Shown here: piece by piece, positions 1 to 13,717 of the stretch | Layout of the letters: each line of letters begins with the position of its first letter | How positions within the stretch are numbered: position 1 is the stretch's first letter | Source of the DNA: Eledone cirrhosa | Lineage: Eukaryota | Reading direction: 5' to 3' | NCBI GenBank assembly: GCA_964016885.1 | Contig: OZ024741.1 | Span: 114,638,001-114,702,000, forward strand | Length of the DNA: 64,000 nt | Position numbers and translations under genes: made by a program | The notes under the pieces: model-generated | Told to the model about the DNA's origin: nothing | Database searches by the model: none | Seen by the model: only the letters and a program-made list of their open reading frames with translations

Positions 1-3000
1 CCCCAAATAAAAAAACGAGGCACCCAGATAAAAAACGGGGCACCCAAATAAAAAAACGGGGCACAGAAATAAAAAATGGGGCCCCCAAATACAAAAACGA
101 GGCACCCAGATAAAAAACGGGGCACCCAAATAAAAAAACGGGTCGCCCAAATAAAAAACGGGGTACCCAAATAAAAAAACGAGGCACCCATATAAAAAAC
201 GAGGCACCCATATAAAAAACGGACACCCAAATAAAAAACGAACCCCCCCATAAAAAACGGGTCACCCAATTAAAAAAAACGGGGCACCCAAATGAAAAAC
301 GGGGCACCCAGATAAAAAACGGCGCACCCAAATAAAAAAAACGGAGCACCCAAATAAAAAACGGGTCAACCAAATAAAAAACGGACCACCCCATAAAAAA
401 ACGGGGCACCCAAATGAAAAACGGACCCCCCCATAAAATAACGGGGCACCCAAATAAAGGAACGTGGGACCCAAATAAAAAACAGGGCACCCAAATAAAA
501 AACGGGGCAACCAAATAAAAAAAGGACCCCCCCATAAAAAAACGGGGCACCCAAATAAAAAAACGGGGCACCCAAATAAAAAACGGGGCACCCAAATAAA
601 AAAACGGGGCACCCAAATAAAAAACGGGGCAACCAAATAAAAAAACGGACCCCCCATAAAATAACCGGGCACCCAAATAAAAAACTGACCCCCCATAAAA
701 AAATGGGGCACCCAAATAAAAAAATTAACCCCCCCAAATAAATAACAGGGCACCCAAATAAAAAACGGGGCACCCAAATAAAAAACGGGTCAACCAAATA
801 AAAAACGGACCACCCCATAAAAAAATGGGGCACCGAAATGAAAAACGGACCCCCCCATAAAATAACGGGGCACCCAAATAAAGGAACGTGGGACCCAAAT
901 AAAAAACGGACCCCCCCATAAAAAAATGGGGCACCCAAATAAAAAACTAACCCCCCCAAATAAATAACGGGGCACCCAAATAAAAAACGAGGCACCCACA
1001 TAAAAAACGCGGCCCCCAAATGAAAAAACGAGGCACCCAGATAAAAAAGGGGGCACCCAAATAAAAAAACGGGTCGCCCAAATAAAAAATGGGGCACCCA
1101 AATAAAAAAACGAGGCACCCATATAAAAAACGAGGCAACCAAATAAAAAACGGACTCCCCCATAAAAAAACGGGGCACCCAAATTAAAAACGGACCCCAC
1201 CATAAAAAACGGGGCACCCAAATAAAAAAACGGGGCACAGAAATAAAAAACGGGGCACCCAAATAAAAAAACGGGGCACCCAAATAAAAAACGGGGACCC
1301 CAAATAAAAAAATGAGGCACCCAGATAAAAAACGGGTCGCCCAAATAAAAAACGGGGCACCCAAATAAAAAAAACGAGGCACCCATATAAAAAACGAGGC
1401 ACCCAAATAAAAAGCGGATTCCCCATAAAGAAACGGGGCACCCAAATAAAAAACGAACTCCCCCCATAATAAACGGGTCACCCAATTAAAAAAACGGGGC
1501 ACCCAAATGAAAAACGGGGCACCTAGATAAAAAACGGCGAACCCAAATAAAAAAAACGGAGCACCCAAATAAAAAACGGGTCAACCAAATAAAAAACGGA
1601 CCACCCCATAAAAAAACGGGGCACCCAAATGAAAAACCGACCCCCCCATAAATAACGGGGCACCCAAATAAAGGAACGTGTGACCCAAATAAAATACGGA
1701 CCACCCATAAAAAAATGGGGCACCCAAATAAAAAACTAACCCCCCCAAATAAATAACGGGGCACCCAAATTAAAAAACGAGGCACCCAAATAAAAAAACG
1801 GGGCACCCAAATAAAAAACGGGGCCCCCAAATAAAAAAACGAGGCACCCAGATAAAAGACGGGGCACCCAAATAAAAAAATGGGTTGCCCAAATAAAAAA
1901 AGGGGCACCCAAATAAAAAAACGAAGCACCCACATAAAAAACGAGGCCCCCAAATGAAAAAACGAGGCACCCAGATAAAAAACGGGGCACCCAAATAAAA
2001 AAACGGGTCGCCCAAATAAAAAACGGGGCACCCAAATAAAAAAACGGGTCGCCCAAATAAAAAACGGGGCACCCAAATAAAAAACAGGGTACCCAAATAA
2101 AAAACGAGGCAACCAAATAAAAAACGGACCACCCCATAAAAAAACGGGGCACCCAAATAAAAAACGGGGCCCCCAAATAAAAAAACGAGGCACCCAGATA
2201 AAAAACGGGGCACCCAAATAAAAAATGGGTCGCCCAAATAAAAAACGGGGCACCCAAATAAAAAAACGAGGCACCCACATAAAAAACAAGGCCCCCAAAT
2301 GAAAAAACGAGGCACCCAGATAAAAAACGGGGCACCCAAATAAAAAAATGGGGCACCCAAATAAAAAAAAGAGGCACCCAAATAAAAAACGGACTCCCCC
2401 ATAAAAAAACGGGGCACCCAAATGAAAAACGGACCCCACCATAAAAAACGGGGCACCCAAATAAAAAAACGGGGTGAAGAAATAAAAAACGGGGCCCCCA
2501 AATACAAAAACGAGGCACCCAGATAAAAAACGGGGCACCCAAATAAAAAAACGGGTCGCCCAAATAAAAAACGGGGCACCCAAATAAAAAAAACGAGGCA
2601 CCCATATAAAAAACGAGGCACCCAAATAAAAAACGGACTCACCCATAAAGAAACGGGACACCCAAATAAACCCCCCCCCATAATAAACGGGTCACCCAAT
2701 TAAAAAAACGAGGCACCCAAATGAAAAACGGGGCACCCAGATAAAAAACGGCGCACCCAAATAAAAAAAACGGAGCACCCAAATAAAAAACGGGTCAACC
2801 AAATGAAAAACGGACCCCCCCATAAAATAACGGGGCACCCAAATAAAGGAACGTGGGACCCAAATAAAAAACGGACCCCCCATAAAAAAATGGGGCACCC
2901 AAATAAAAAACTAACCCCCTCAAATAAATAACGGGGCACCCAAATTAAAAAACCGGACACCCAAATAAAAAACGGGGCACCCAAATAAAAAACGGGGCAC

Positions 3001-6000
3001 CCAAATAAAAAACGGGGCCCCCAAATAAAAAACGAGGCACCCAGATAAAAAACGGGGCACCCAAATAAAAAAATGGTTCGCCCAAATAAAAAACGGGGCA
3101 CCCAAATAAAAAAACGAGGCACCCACATAAAAAACGAGGCCCCCAAATGAAAAAACGAGGCACCCAGATAAAAAACGGGGCACCCAAATAAAAAAACGGG
3201 TCGCCCAAATAAAAAACGGGGCACCCAAATAAAAAAACGGGTCGCCCAAATAAAAAACGGGGCACCCAAATAAAAAACAGGGCACCGAAATAAAAAACGG
3301 GGCAACCAAATAAAAAACGGACCACCCCATAAAAAAACGGGGCACCCAAATAAAAAAACGGAGCACCCAAATAAAAAACGGGGCCCCCAAATAAAAAAAC
3401 GAGGCACCCAGATAAAAAACGGGGCACCCAAATAAAAAAACGGGGCACAGAAATAAAAAATGGGGCCCCCAAATACAAAAACGAGGCACCCAGATAAAAA
3501 ACGGGGCACCCAAATAAAAAAACGGGTCGCCCAAATAAAAAACGGGGTACCCAAATAAAAAAACGAGGCACCCATATAAAAAACCAGGCACCCATATAAA
3601 AAACGGACTCCCCCATAAAGAAACGGGACACCCAAATAAAAAACGAACCCCTCCATAAAAAACGGGTCACCCAATTAAAAAAACGGGGCACCCAAATGAA
3701 AAACGGGGCACCCAGATAAAAAACGGCGCACCCAAATAAAAAAAACGGAGCACTCAAATAAAAAACGGGTCAACCAAATGAAAAACGGACCCCCCCATAA
3801 AATAACGGGGCACCCAAATAAAGGAACGTGGGACCCAAATAAAAAACAGGGCACCCAAATAAAAAACGGGGCAACCAAATAAAAAAAGGACCCCCCCATA
3901 AAAAAACGGGGCACCCAAATAAAAAAACGGGGCACCCAAATAAAAAAACGGGGCACCCAAATGAAAAACGGGGCACCCAGATAAAAAACGGCGCACCCAA
4001 ATAAAAAAAACGGAGCACCCAAATAAAAAACGGGTCAACCAAATAAAAAACGGACCACCCCATAAAAAAACGGGGCACCCAAATGAAAAACGGACCCCCC
4101 CCATAAAATAACGGGGCACCCAAATAAAGGAACGTGGGACCCAAATAAAAAACGGACCCCCCATAAAAAAATGGGGCACCCAAATAAAAACTAACCCACC
4201 CAAATAAATAACGGGGCACCCAAATAAAAAAACGAGGCACCCACATAAAAAACGAGGCCCCCAAATGAAAAAACGAGGCACCCAGATAAAAAAGGGGGCA
4301 CCCAAATAAAAAAACGGGTCGCCCAAATAAAAAATGGGGCACCCAAATAAAAAAACGAGGCACCCATATAAAAAAACGAGGAACCCACATAAAAAACGGA
4401 CTCCCCCATAAAAAAACGGGGCACCAAAATTAAAAACGGACCCCACCATAAAAAACGGGGCACCCAAATAAAAAAACGGGGCACAGAAATAAAAAACGGG
4501 GCACCCAAATAAAAAAACGGGGCACCCAAATAAAAAACGGGGCACTCAAATAAAAAAACGGGTCGCCCAAATAAAAAACGTGGGACCCAAATAAAAAAAA
4601 CGAGGCACCCATATAAAAAACGAGGCACCCAAATAAAAAGCGGATTCCCCATAAAGAAACGGGGCACCCAAATAAAAAACGAACTCCCCCCATAATAAAC
4701 GGGTCACCCAATTAAAAAATCGGGGTACCCAAATGAAAAACGGGGCACCCAGATAAAAAACGGCGAACCCAAATAAAAAAAACGGAGCACCCAAATAAAA
4801 AACGGGTCAACCAAATAAAAAACGGACCACCCCATAAAATAACGGGGCACCCAAATAAAGGAACGTGTGACCCAAATAAAATACGGACCCCCTATAAAAA
4901 AATGGGGCACCCAAATAAAAAACTAACCCCCCCAAATAAATAACGGGGCACCCAAATTAAAAAACGAGGCACCCAAATAAAAAAACGGGGAACCCAAATA
5001 AAAAACGGGGCCCCCAAATAAAAAAACGAGGCACCCAGATAAAAGACGGGGCACCCAAATAAAAAAATGGGTCGCCCAAATAAAAAAACGAAGCACCCAC
5101 ATAAAAAACGAGGCCCCCAAATGAAAAAACGAGGCACCCAGATAAAAAACAGGGCACCCAAATAAAAAAACGGGTCGCCCAAATAAAAAACGGGGCACCC
5201 AAATAAAAAAACGGGTCGCCCAAATAAAAAACGGGGCACCCAAATAAAAAACAGGGTACCCAAATAAAAAACGAGGCAACCAAATAAAAAACGGACCACC
5301 CCATAAAAAAACGGGTCGCCCAAATAAAAAATGGGGCACCCAAATAAAAAAACGAGGCACCCAAATAAAAAACGGACTCCCCCATAAAAAAACGGGGCAC
5401 CCAAATGAAAAACGGACCCCACCATAAAAAACGGGGCACCCAAATAAAAAAACGGGGCGAAGAAATAAAAAACGGGGCCCCCAAATACAAAAACGAGGCA
5501 CCCAGATAAAAACGGGGCACCCAAATAAAAAAACGGGTCGCCCAAATAAAAAACGGGGCACCCAAATAAAAAAAACGAGGCACCCATATAAAAAACGAGG
5601 CACCCAAATAAAAAACGGACTCCCCCATAAAGAAACGGGACACCCAAATAAAAAACGAACCCCCCCATAATAAACGGGTCACCCAATTAAAAAAACGGGG
5701 CACCCAAATGAAAAACGGGGCACCCAGATAAAAAAAGGCGCACCCAAATAAAAAAAACGGAGCACCCAAATAAAAAACGGGTCAACCAAATAAAAAACGG
5801 ACCACCCCATAAAAAAACGGGGCACCCAAATGAAAAACGGACCCCCCCATAAAATAACGGGGCACCCAAATAAAGGAACGTGGGACCCAAATAAAAAACG
5901 GACCCCCCATAAAAAAATGGGGCACCCAAATAAAAAACTAACCCCCCCAAATAAATAACGGGGCACCCAAATTAAAAAACCGGACACCCAAATAAAAAAC

Positions 6001-9000
6001 GGGGCACCCAAATGAAAAACGGACCCCCCCCCATAAAATAACGGGGCACCCAAATAAAGGAACGTGGGACCCAAATAAAAAACGAACCCCCCATAAAAAA
6101 ATGGGGCACCCAAATAAAAAACTAACCCCCCCAAATAAATAACGGGGCACCCAAATTAAAAAACCGGACACCCAAATAAAAAACGGGGCACCCAAATAAA
6201 AAACGGGGCACCCAAATAAAAAACGGGGCACCCAAATAAAAAACGGTGCCCCCAAATAAAAAACGGGGCACCCAAATAAAAAAATGGTTCGCCCAAATAA
6301 AAAACGGGGCACCCAAATAAAAAAACGAGGCACCCACATAAAAAACAAGGCCCCCAAATGAAAAAACGAGGCACCCAGATAAAAAACGGGGCACCCAATT
6401 AAAAAAACGGGTCGCCCAAATAAAAAACGGGGCACCGAAATAAAAAACGGGGCAACCAAATAAAAAACGGACCACCCCATAAAAAAACGGGGCACCCAAA
6501 TAAAAAAACGGAGCACCCAAATAAAAAACGGGGCCCCCAAATAAAAAAACGAGGCACCCAGATAAAAAACGGGGCACCCAAATAAAAAAACGGGGCACAG
6601 AAATAAAAAATGGGGCCCCCAAATACAAAAACGAGGCACCCAGATAAAAAACGGGGCACCCAAATAAAAAAACGGGTCGCCCAAATAAAAAACGGGGTAC
6701 CCAAATAAAAAAACGAGGCACCCATATAAAAAACGAGGCACCCATATAAAAAACGGACACCCAAATAAAAAACGAACCCCCCCATAAAAAACGGGTCACC
6801 CATTTAAAAAAAACGGGGCACCCAAATGAAAAACGGGGCACCCAGATAAAAAACGGCGCACCCAAATAAAAAAAACGGAGCACCCAAATAAAAAACGGGT
6901 CAACCAAATAAAAAACGGACCACCCCATAAAAAAACGGGGCACCCAAATGAAAAACGGACCCCCCCATAAAATAACGGGGCACCCAAATAAAGGAACGTG
7001 GGACCCAAATAAAAAACAGGGCACCCAAATAAAAAACGGGGCAACCAAATAAAAAAAGGACCCCCCCATAAAAAAACGGGGCACCCAAATAAAAAAACGG
7101 GGCACCCAAATAAAAAACGGGGCACCCAAATAAAAAAACGGGGCACCCAAATAAAAAACGGGGCACCCAAATAAAAAACGGGGCAACCAAATAAAAAAAC
7201 GGACCCCCCATAAAATAACCGGGCACCCAAATAAAAAACTGACCCCCCATAAAAAAATGGGGCACCCAAATAAAAAAATTAACCCCCCCAAATAAATAAC
7301 GGGGCACCCAAATCAAAAAACAGGGCACCCAAATAAAAAACGGGGCACCCAAATAAAAAACGGGTCAACCAAATAAAAAACGGACCACCCCATAAAAAAA
7401 TGGGGCACCTAAATGAAAAACGGACCCCCCCCCATAAAATAACGGGGCACCCAAATAAAGGAACGTGGGTCCCAAATAAAAAACGGACCCCCCATAAAAG
7501 AATGGGGCACCCAAATAAAAACTAACCCCCCCAAATAAATAACGGGGCACCCAAATAAAAAACGAGGCACCCACATAAAAAACGAGGCCCCCAAATGAAA
7601 AAACGAGGCACCCAGATAAAAAAGGGGGCACCCAAATAAAAAAACGGGTCGCCCAAATAAAAAATGGGGCACCCAAATAAAAAAACGAGGCACCCATATA
7701 AAAAACGAGGCAACCAAATAAAAAACGGACTCCCCCATAAAAAAACGGGGCACCCAAATTAAAAACGGACCCCACCATAAAAAACGGGGCACCCAAATAA
7801 AAAAACGGGGCACAGAAATAAAAAACGGGGCACCCAAATAAAAAAACGGGGCACCCAAATAAAAAACGGGGACCCCAAATAAAAAAATGAGGCACCCAGA
7901 TAAAAAACGGGTCGCCCAAATAAAAAACGGGGCACCCAAATAAAAAAAACGAGGCACCCATATAAAAAACGAGGCACCCAAATAAAAAGCGGATTCCCCA
8001 TAAAGAAACGGGGCACCCAAATAAAAAACGAACTCCCCCCATAATAAACGGGTCACCCAATTAAAAAAACGGGGCACCCAAATGAAAAACGGGGCACCTA
8101 GATAAAAAACGGCGAACCCAAATAAAAAAAACGGAGCACCCAAATAAAAAACGGGTCAACCAAATAAAAAACGGACCACCCCATAAAAAAACGGGGCACC
8201 CAAATGAAAAACCGACCCCCCCATAAATAACGGGGCACCCAAATAAAGGAACGTGTGACCCAAATAAAATACGGACCCCCCATAAAAAAATGGGGCACCC
8301 AAATAAAAAACTAACCCCCCCAAATAAATAACGGGGCACCCAAATTAAAAAACGAGGCACCCAAATAAAAAAACGGGGCACCCAAATAAAAAACGGGGCC
8401 CCCAAATAAAAAAACGAGGCACCCAGATAAAAGACGGGGCACCCAAATAAAAAAATGGGTTGCCCAAATAAAAAAAGGGGCACCCAAATAAAAAAACGAA
8501 GCACCCACATAAAAAACGAGGCCCCCAAATGAAAAAACGAGGCACCCAGATAAAAAACGGGGCACCCAAATAAAAAAACGGGTCGCCCAAATAAAAAACG
8601 GGGCACCCAAATAAAAAAACGGGTCGCCCAAATAAAAAACGGGGCACCCAAATAAAAAACAGGGTACCCAAATAAAAAACGAGGCAACCAAATAAAAAAC
8701 GGACCACCCCATAAAAAAACGGGGCACCCAAATAAAAAACGGGGCCCCCAAATAAAAAAACGAGGCACCCAGATAAAAAACGGGGCACCCAAATAAAAAA
8801 TGGGTCGCCCAAATAAAAAACGGGGCACCCAAATAAAAAAACGAGGCACCCACATAAAAAACAAGGCCCCCAAATGAAAAAACGAGGCACCCAGATAAAA
8901 AACGGGGCACCCAAATAAAAAAATGGGGCACCCAAATAAAAAAAAGAGGCACCCAAATAAAAAACGGACCACCCCATAAAAAAACGGGGCACCCAAATGA

Positions 9001-11035
9001 AAAACGGACCCCCCCATAAAATAACGGGGCACCCAAATAAAGGAACGTGGGACCCAAATAAAAAACAGGGCACCCAAATAAAAAACGGGGCACCCAAATG
9101 AAAAACGGACCCCACCATAAAAAACGGGGCACCCAAATAAAAAAACGGGGTGAAGAAATAAAAAACGGGGCCCCCAAATACAAAAACGAGGCACCCAGAT
9201 AAAAAACGGGGCACCCAAATAAAAAAACGGGTCGCCCAAATAAAAAACGGGGCACCCAAATAAAAAAAACGAGGCACGCATATAAAAAACGAGGCACCCA
9301 AATAAAAAACGGACTCCCCCATAAAGAAACGGGACACCCAAATAAAACCCCCCCCCATAATAAACGGGTCACCCAATTAAAAAAACGAGGCACCCAAATG
9401 AAAAACGGGGCACCCAGATAAAAAACGGCGCACCCAAATAAAAAAAACGGAGCACCCAAATAAAAAACGGGTCAACCAAATGAAAAACGGACCCCCCCAT
9501 AAAATAACGGGGCACCCAAATAAAGGAACGTGGGACCCAAATAAAAAACGGACCCCCCATAAAAAAATGGGGCACCCAAATAAAAAACTAACCCCCCCAA
9601 ATAAATAACGGGGCACCCAAATTAAAAAACCGGACACCCAAATAAAAAACGGGGCACCCAAATAAAAAACGGGGCACCCAAATAAAAAACGGGGCCCCCA
9701 AATAAAAAACGAGGCACCCAGATAAAAAACGGGGCACCCAAATAAAAAAATGGTTCGCCCAAATAAAAAACGGGGCACCCAAATAAAAAAACGAGGCACC
9801 CACATAAAAAACGAGGCCCCCAAATGAAAAAACGAGGCACCCAGATAAAAAACGGGGCACCCAAATAAAAAAACGGGTCGCCCAAATAAAAAACGGGGCA
9901 CCCAAATAAAAAAACGGGTCGCCCAAATAAAAAACGGGGCACCCAAATAAAAAACAGGGCACCGAAATAAAAAACGGGGCAACCAAATAAAAAACGGACC
10001 ACCCCATAAAAAAACGGGGCACCCAAATAAAAAAACGGAGCACCCAAATAAAAAACGGGGCCCCCAAATAAAAAAACGAGGCACCCAGATAAAAAACGGG
10101 GCACCCAAATAAAAAAACGGGACACAGAAATAAAAAATGGGGCCCCCAAATACAAAAACGAGGCACCCAGATAAAAAACGGGGCACCCAAATAAAAAAAC
10201 GGGTCGCCCAAATAAAAAACGGGGTACCCAAATAAAAAAACGAGGCACCCATATAAAAAACCAGGCACCCATATAAAAAACGGACTCCCCCATAAAGAAA
10301 CGGGACACCCAAATAAAAAACGAACCCCTCCATAAAAAACGGGTCACCCAATTAAAAAAACGGGGCACCCAAATGAAAAACGGGGCACCCAGATAAAAAA
10401 CGGCGCACCCAAATAAAAAAACGGAGCACTCAAATAAAAAACGGGTCAACCAAATAAAAAACGGACCACCCCATAAAAAAACGGGGCACCCAAATGAAAA
10501 ACGGACCCCCCCATAAAATAACGGGGCACCCAAATAAAGGAACGTGGGACCCAAATAAAAAACAGGGCACCCAAATAAAAAACGGGGCAACCAAATAAAA
10601 AAAGGACCCCCCCATAAAAAAACGGGGCACCCAAATAAAAAAACGGGGCACCCAAATAAAAAAACGGGGCACCCAAATAAAAAACGGGGCACCCAAATAA
10701 AAAACGGGGCAACCAAATAAAAAAACGGACCCCCCATAAAATAACCGGGCACCCAAATAAAAAACTGACCCCCCATAAAAAATGGGGCACCCAAATAAAA
10801 AACTAACCCCCCCAAATAAATAACGGGGCACCCAAATTAAAAAACGGGGCACCCAAATAAAAAACGGGGCACCCAAATAAAAAACGGTGCACCCAAATCA
10901 AAAACGGACCTCCCATAAAAAAACGGGGCACCCAATTAAAAAACGGACAACCCCCATAAAAAACGGGGCACCCAAGTAAAAAACGGCCCCCTCCCATAAA
11001 AAAACGGGGCACCGAAATAAAAAACGGATCCCCCA
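1..11035. repeat. Tandem satellite array, ~20-21 bp monomer (CCCAAATAAAAAA[A]CGGGGCA) with higher-order repeats; continues beyond the window start
   Basis: Continuous monomers seen directly. Diagnostic variants (CACAGAAAT/GAAGAAAT, AAGGAACGTG) recur periodically, and near-identical artefactual ORFs recur at offsets of 6575 and 6677 bp. Monomers degenerate over the last ~150 bp. Confidence 0.98.
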
Positions 11036-11045
11036 ATATTTGTAA

Positions 11046-11233
11046 CGGTGGATTGGCAGTATCGGTGGAGGGTCGGACGCCATGCTTTCCACATAGTTAC
11101 ATCCCTTTACGATCTGAGTTCAAATCCCGCCGAGGTTGACTTTGCCTTTCATCCTTACGGGGTCGATAAAATAAAGTACCAGTAATGTACTGGTAATTGC
11201 TGGCCTTGTGCCTAAAGTAGAAACAATTATTAT
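11046..11233 (+). mobile_element. tRNA-derived SINE (B-box GAGTTCAAATCCC; central GACTTTGCCTTTCATCCTTACGGGGTCGATAAAATAAAGTACCAG; ATT tail)
   Basis: B-box plus conserved body; further copies at 23341-23527, 38468-38680, 38841-38960 and 62091-62218. Confidence 0.9.
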
Positions 11234-12696
11234 TTGATGACTGAAAACGTCATCAATAGATGTGTATTTTTATACCTTTAGCGGCGATGAACGAGGTGAC
11301 ATGTTATTTAGAGCCAGATTTATATATACGGGGTATGTAAGCTGTCTTATACAATATCTGTATACATGTTTAGCTTTGACTCCACCTAGCAGACATGCTG
11401 GGGTACCCGGTGGATTTAATGAAATGGGCACTTTGTATTATTTCCTTTTCTGTTTTGTATAGATTGTTTACCCACGTGCTGTTCCGGATTGCTGCCGCTT
11501 TTACCAGGAATTGTTCGTGACTGGATTGTGTGTGGAGACTTTGGTTATATAAAATCTGGAGCTGAAAATTGAACACATTACGCTATACGATCTGGGATCT
11601 TAAACATATGGTTTTTTTTAATGTATATATCCAGCATGTCATTCATGTTACTAGATGAGATGCTATGTTTGAATGATAGTATAAATCCAACTATTTTTAC
11701 TTTTGAACGATCTACATATATGTATAATTTAGACTGATTGGTTATCTAATGACAATCCTATTTCTATATAACCCCTAGACAATCGGGACATATGTGGCCG
11801 ATTGGTCTAGCCTATGCGGTTAATATACATGTGTAGTAACTCTTTGCCAGTTGGTTTTACAGTAACTGAAATAATATTGTGGGGCTATTGCTGCAGTTCT
11901 ATCTTATAGTAACCCCGCTTTGCTTGTCTATAGCTTGCTTTATTTGTGGTGCCTGTCTATATACTTGTTATACTCTGCTCTATCCTGTAATAACCCCACT
12001 TCGCTTGTGTATAGCTTGCATTTATGTGTTGCCTGTCTATATGCTTGTGGAACACCCTTGGGCTACGTAATTCAGGTGCCTACCAGTATACCTTGTATAT
12101 GTATATATACCATGGAGGGGATTTTAATTACTCTGGTCTTTCTGGATGTACCTTAAGAACATATTAGTGCTTATATAACTATAAGTTACTGGGATCCTAT
12201 TCACTTATATAGGGACCAGTGCTTAAATTCCTCTGGCTTTTTTATGTGCTTAAAACTCTTCCTTTTTTTCTTTTTTCTTCTTTCTTTTTTCACCTCTTTC
12301 CCTTTAAAATAAAAAAAAAATCTTCTACCTTTTTATTCACTTTTTATCTCTTTATATTATCTTCCTTTTACTTTTTTATTATGTTTTAACCACTGTTTGT
12401 ATTTTTGATTTTGTGTGCCATCAATTGTATCTGCATCTTGTGGGATCTGCTTGTGCGCTAGCATTTAGCTGTGGTGCTTAACAACCCCAGCATATACTCT
12501 CTCCTTATTCGCCATCTCCGATCTCCCTATCTTTACCCTCTATTGTATTCCGATTGTTCGTGTGACTAAGCTTGGTAGAGCTTATACTCAGCACTGTGTT
12601 TATTAAGCTCTGATGATTCCTACCAAACGGTATGGATGAAACATTGTAAGCAAATAAAAACTGTTTGAGTATGTAAGTGTTCTTTGGTTTCTTTTA
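11234..12696 (+). mobile_element. Putative non-autonomous Penelope-like element ending in hammerhead + AATAAA before (TA)n
   Basis: Non-coding ~1.45 kb with a hammerhead fold at 12607-12651, then AATAAA and (TA)n. Internal ~60-bp direct repeat at 11909-11968/11990-12048. Left boundary uncertain. Confidence 0.5.
12607..12651 (+). ncRNA. Minimal type I hammerhead ribozyme
   Basis: GCT-CTGATGA-T-TCCTACC-AAAC-GGTATGGA-T-GAAAC-ATT-GTA^AGC: intact CUGAUGA and GAAA core, stem I GCT/AGC, stem II TCC-TACC/GGTA-GGA, GUA cleavage triplet. Confidence 0.75.
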
Positions 12697-12838
12697 CATA
12701 TATATATGTATGCATATATATATATATATATAAATTAGAAATTAGAAATTATAAGCTTTCACCGTATTTTAGACTAAAGACATTTCTAGCCTGATAGTGA
12801 GGTTTATAACCCTCGGAGAAATGGAAAAAGATGAGTGT

Positions 12839-12909
12839 TGCCGTACATGCGAGTCGAACCCACATCTTTGGTTATCCGGACCACTGTGCTACCATTACAC
12901 CAATACACA
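12839..12909 (-). ncRNA. tRNA-like Pol III cassette (copy 1) within the 291-bp unit
   Basis: Reverse complement of the cassette at 13647-13717; A-box, B-box and downstream T5. Confidence 0.65.
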
Positions 12910-13129
12910 TCCCGTCTCCTTCCATTCGAATTAGAAGCTATGAACTTAGCAAGTGAATGATAAACAAGCAAATTATAAATGTAAACATGTAAGTATGTTT
13001 TTGAAACGGTGCGCGAGTTTGAAAATTAGAAATTAGAAATTATAAGCTTTCACCGTATTTTAGACTAAATAAATTTCTAGCCTGATAGTGGGGTTTATAA
13101 CCCTTGGAGAAATGGAAAAAGATGAGTGT

Positions 13130-13200
13130 TGCCGTACATGCGAGTCGAACCCACATCTTTGGTTATCCGGACCACTGTGCTACCATTACACCAATACACA
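13130..13200 (-). ncRNA. tRNA-like Pol III cassette (copy 2)
   Basis: Same as copy 1, offset by 291 bp. Confidence 0.65.
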
Positions 13201-13420
13201 TCCCGTCTCCTTCCATTCGAATTAGAAGCTATGAACTTAGCAAGTGAATGATAAACAAGCAAATTATAAATGTAAACATGTAAGTATGTTTTTGAAACGG
13301 TGCGCGAGTTTGAAAATTAGAAATTAGAAATTATAAGCTTTCACCGTATTTTAGACTAAAGAAATTTCTAGCCTGATAGTGGGGTTTATAACCCTTGGAG
13401 AAATGGAAAAAGATGAGTGT

Positions 13421-13491
13421 TGCCGTACATGGGAGTTGAACCCACATCTTTGGTTATCCGGACCACTGTGATACCATTACACCAATACACA
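13421..13491 (-). ncRNA. tRNA-like Pol III cassette (copy 3)
   Basis: Same cassette with a few substitutions. Confidence 0.62.
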
Positions 13492-13646
13492 TCCCGTCTC
13501 CTTCCATTCGAATTAGAAGCTATGAACTTAGCAAGTGATGAACTCGCGCACCGTTTCAAAAACATACATGTTTATATTTATAATTTGCTTGTTTATCATT
13601 CACTTGCTAAGTTCATAGCTTCTAATTCGAATGGAAGGAGACGGGA

Positions 13647-13717
13647 TGTGTATTGGTGTAATGGTAGCACAGTGGTCCGGATAACCAAAGATGTGGGTTC
13701 GACTCCCATGTACGGCA
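13647..13717 (+). ncRNA. tRNA-like Pol III cassette (inverted copy); not a canonical tRNA
   Basis: A-box TGGTGTAATGG, D-arm GTGT/GCAC, anticodon arm GTGGT-CCGGATA-ACCAA, T-arm GTGGG-TTCGACT-CCCAT, weak acceptor stem, T7 terminator at 13727-13733. Confidence 0.7.

Noticed and set aside
1-11035. CRISPR-like or telomeric array
   Set aside because: There are no unique spacers and no cas genes, the context is eukaryotic, and the monomer is not TTAGGG-like.
262-11092. Dozens of long F/G/P/W-rich minus-strand ORFs
   Set aside because: They are translations of the satellite, whose minus strand rarely contains stop codons; all frames are open.
13647-13717. Functional tRNA-Ser(GGA) gene
   Set aside because: It has C at position 33, no long variable arm and only ~5/7 acceptor pairs; kept as tRNA-like only.
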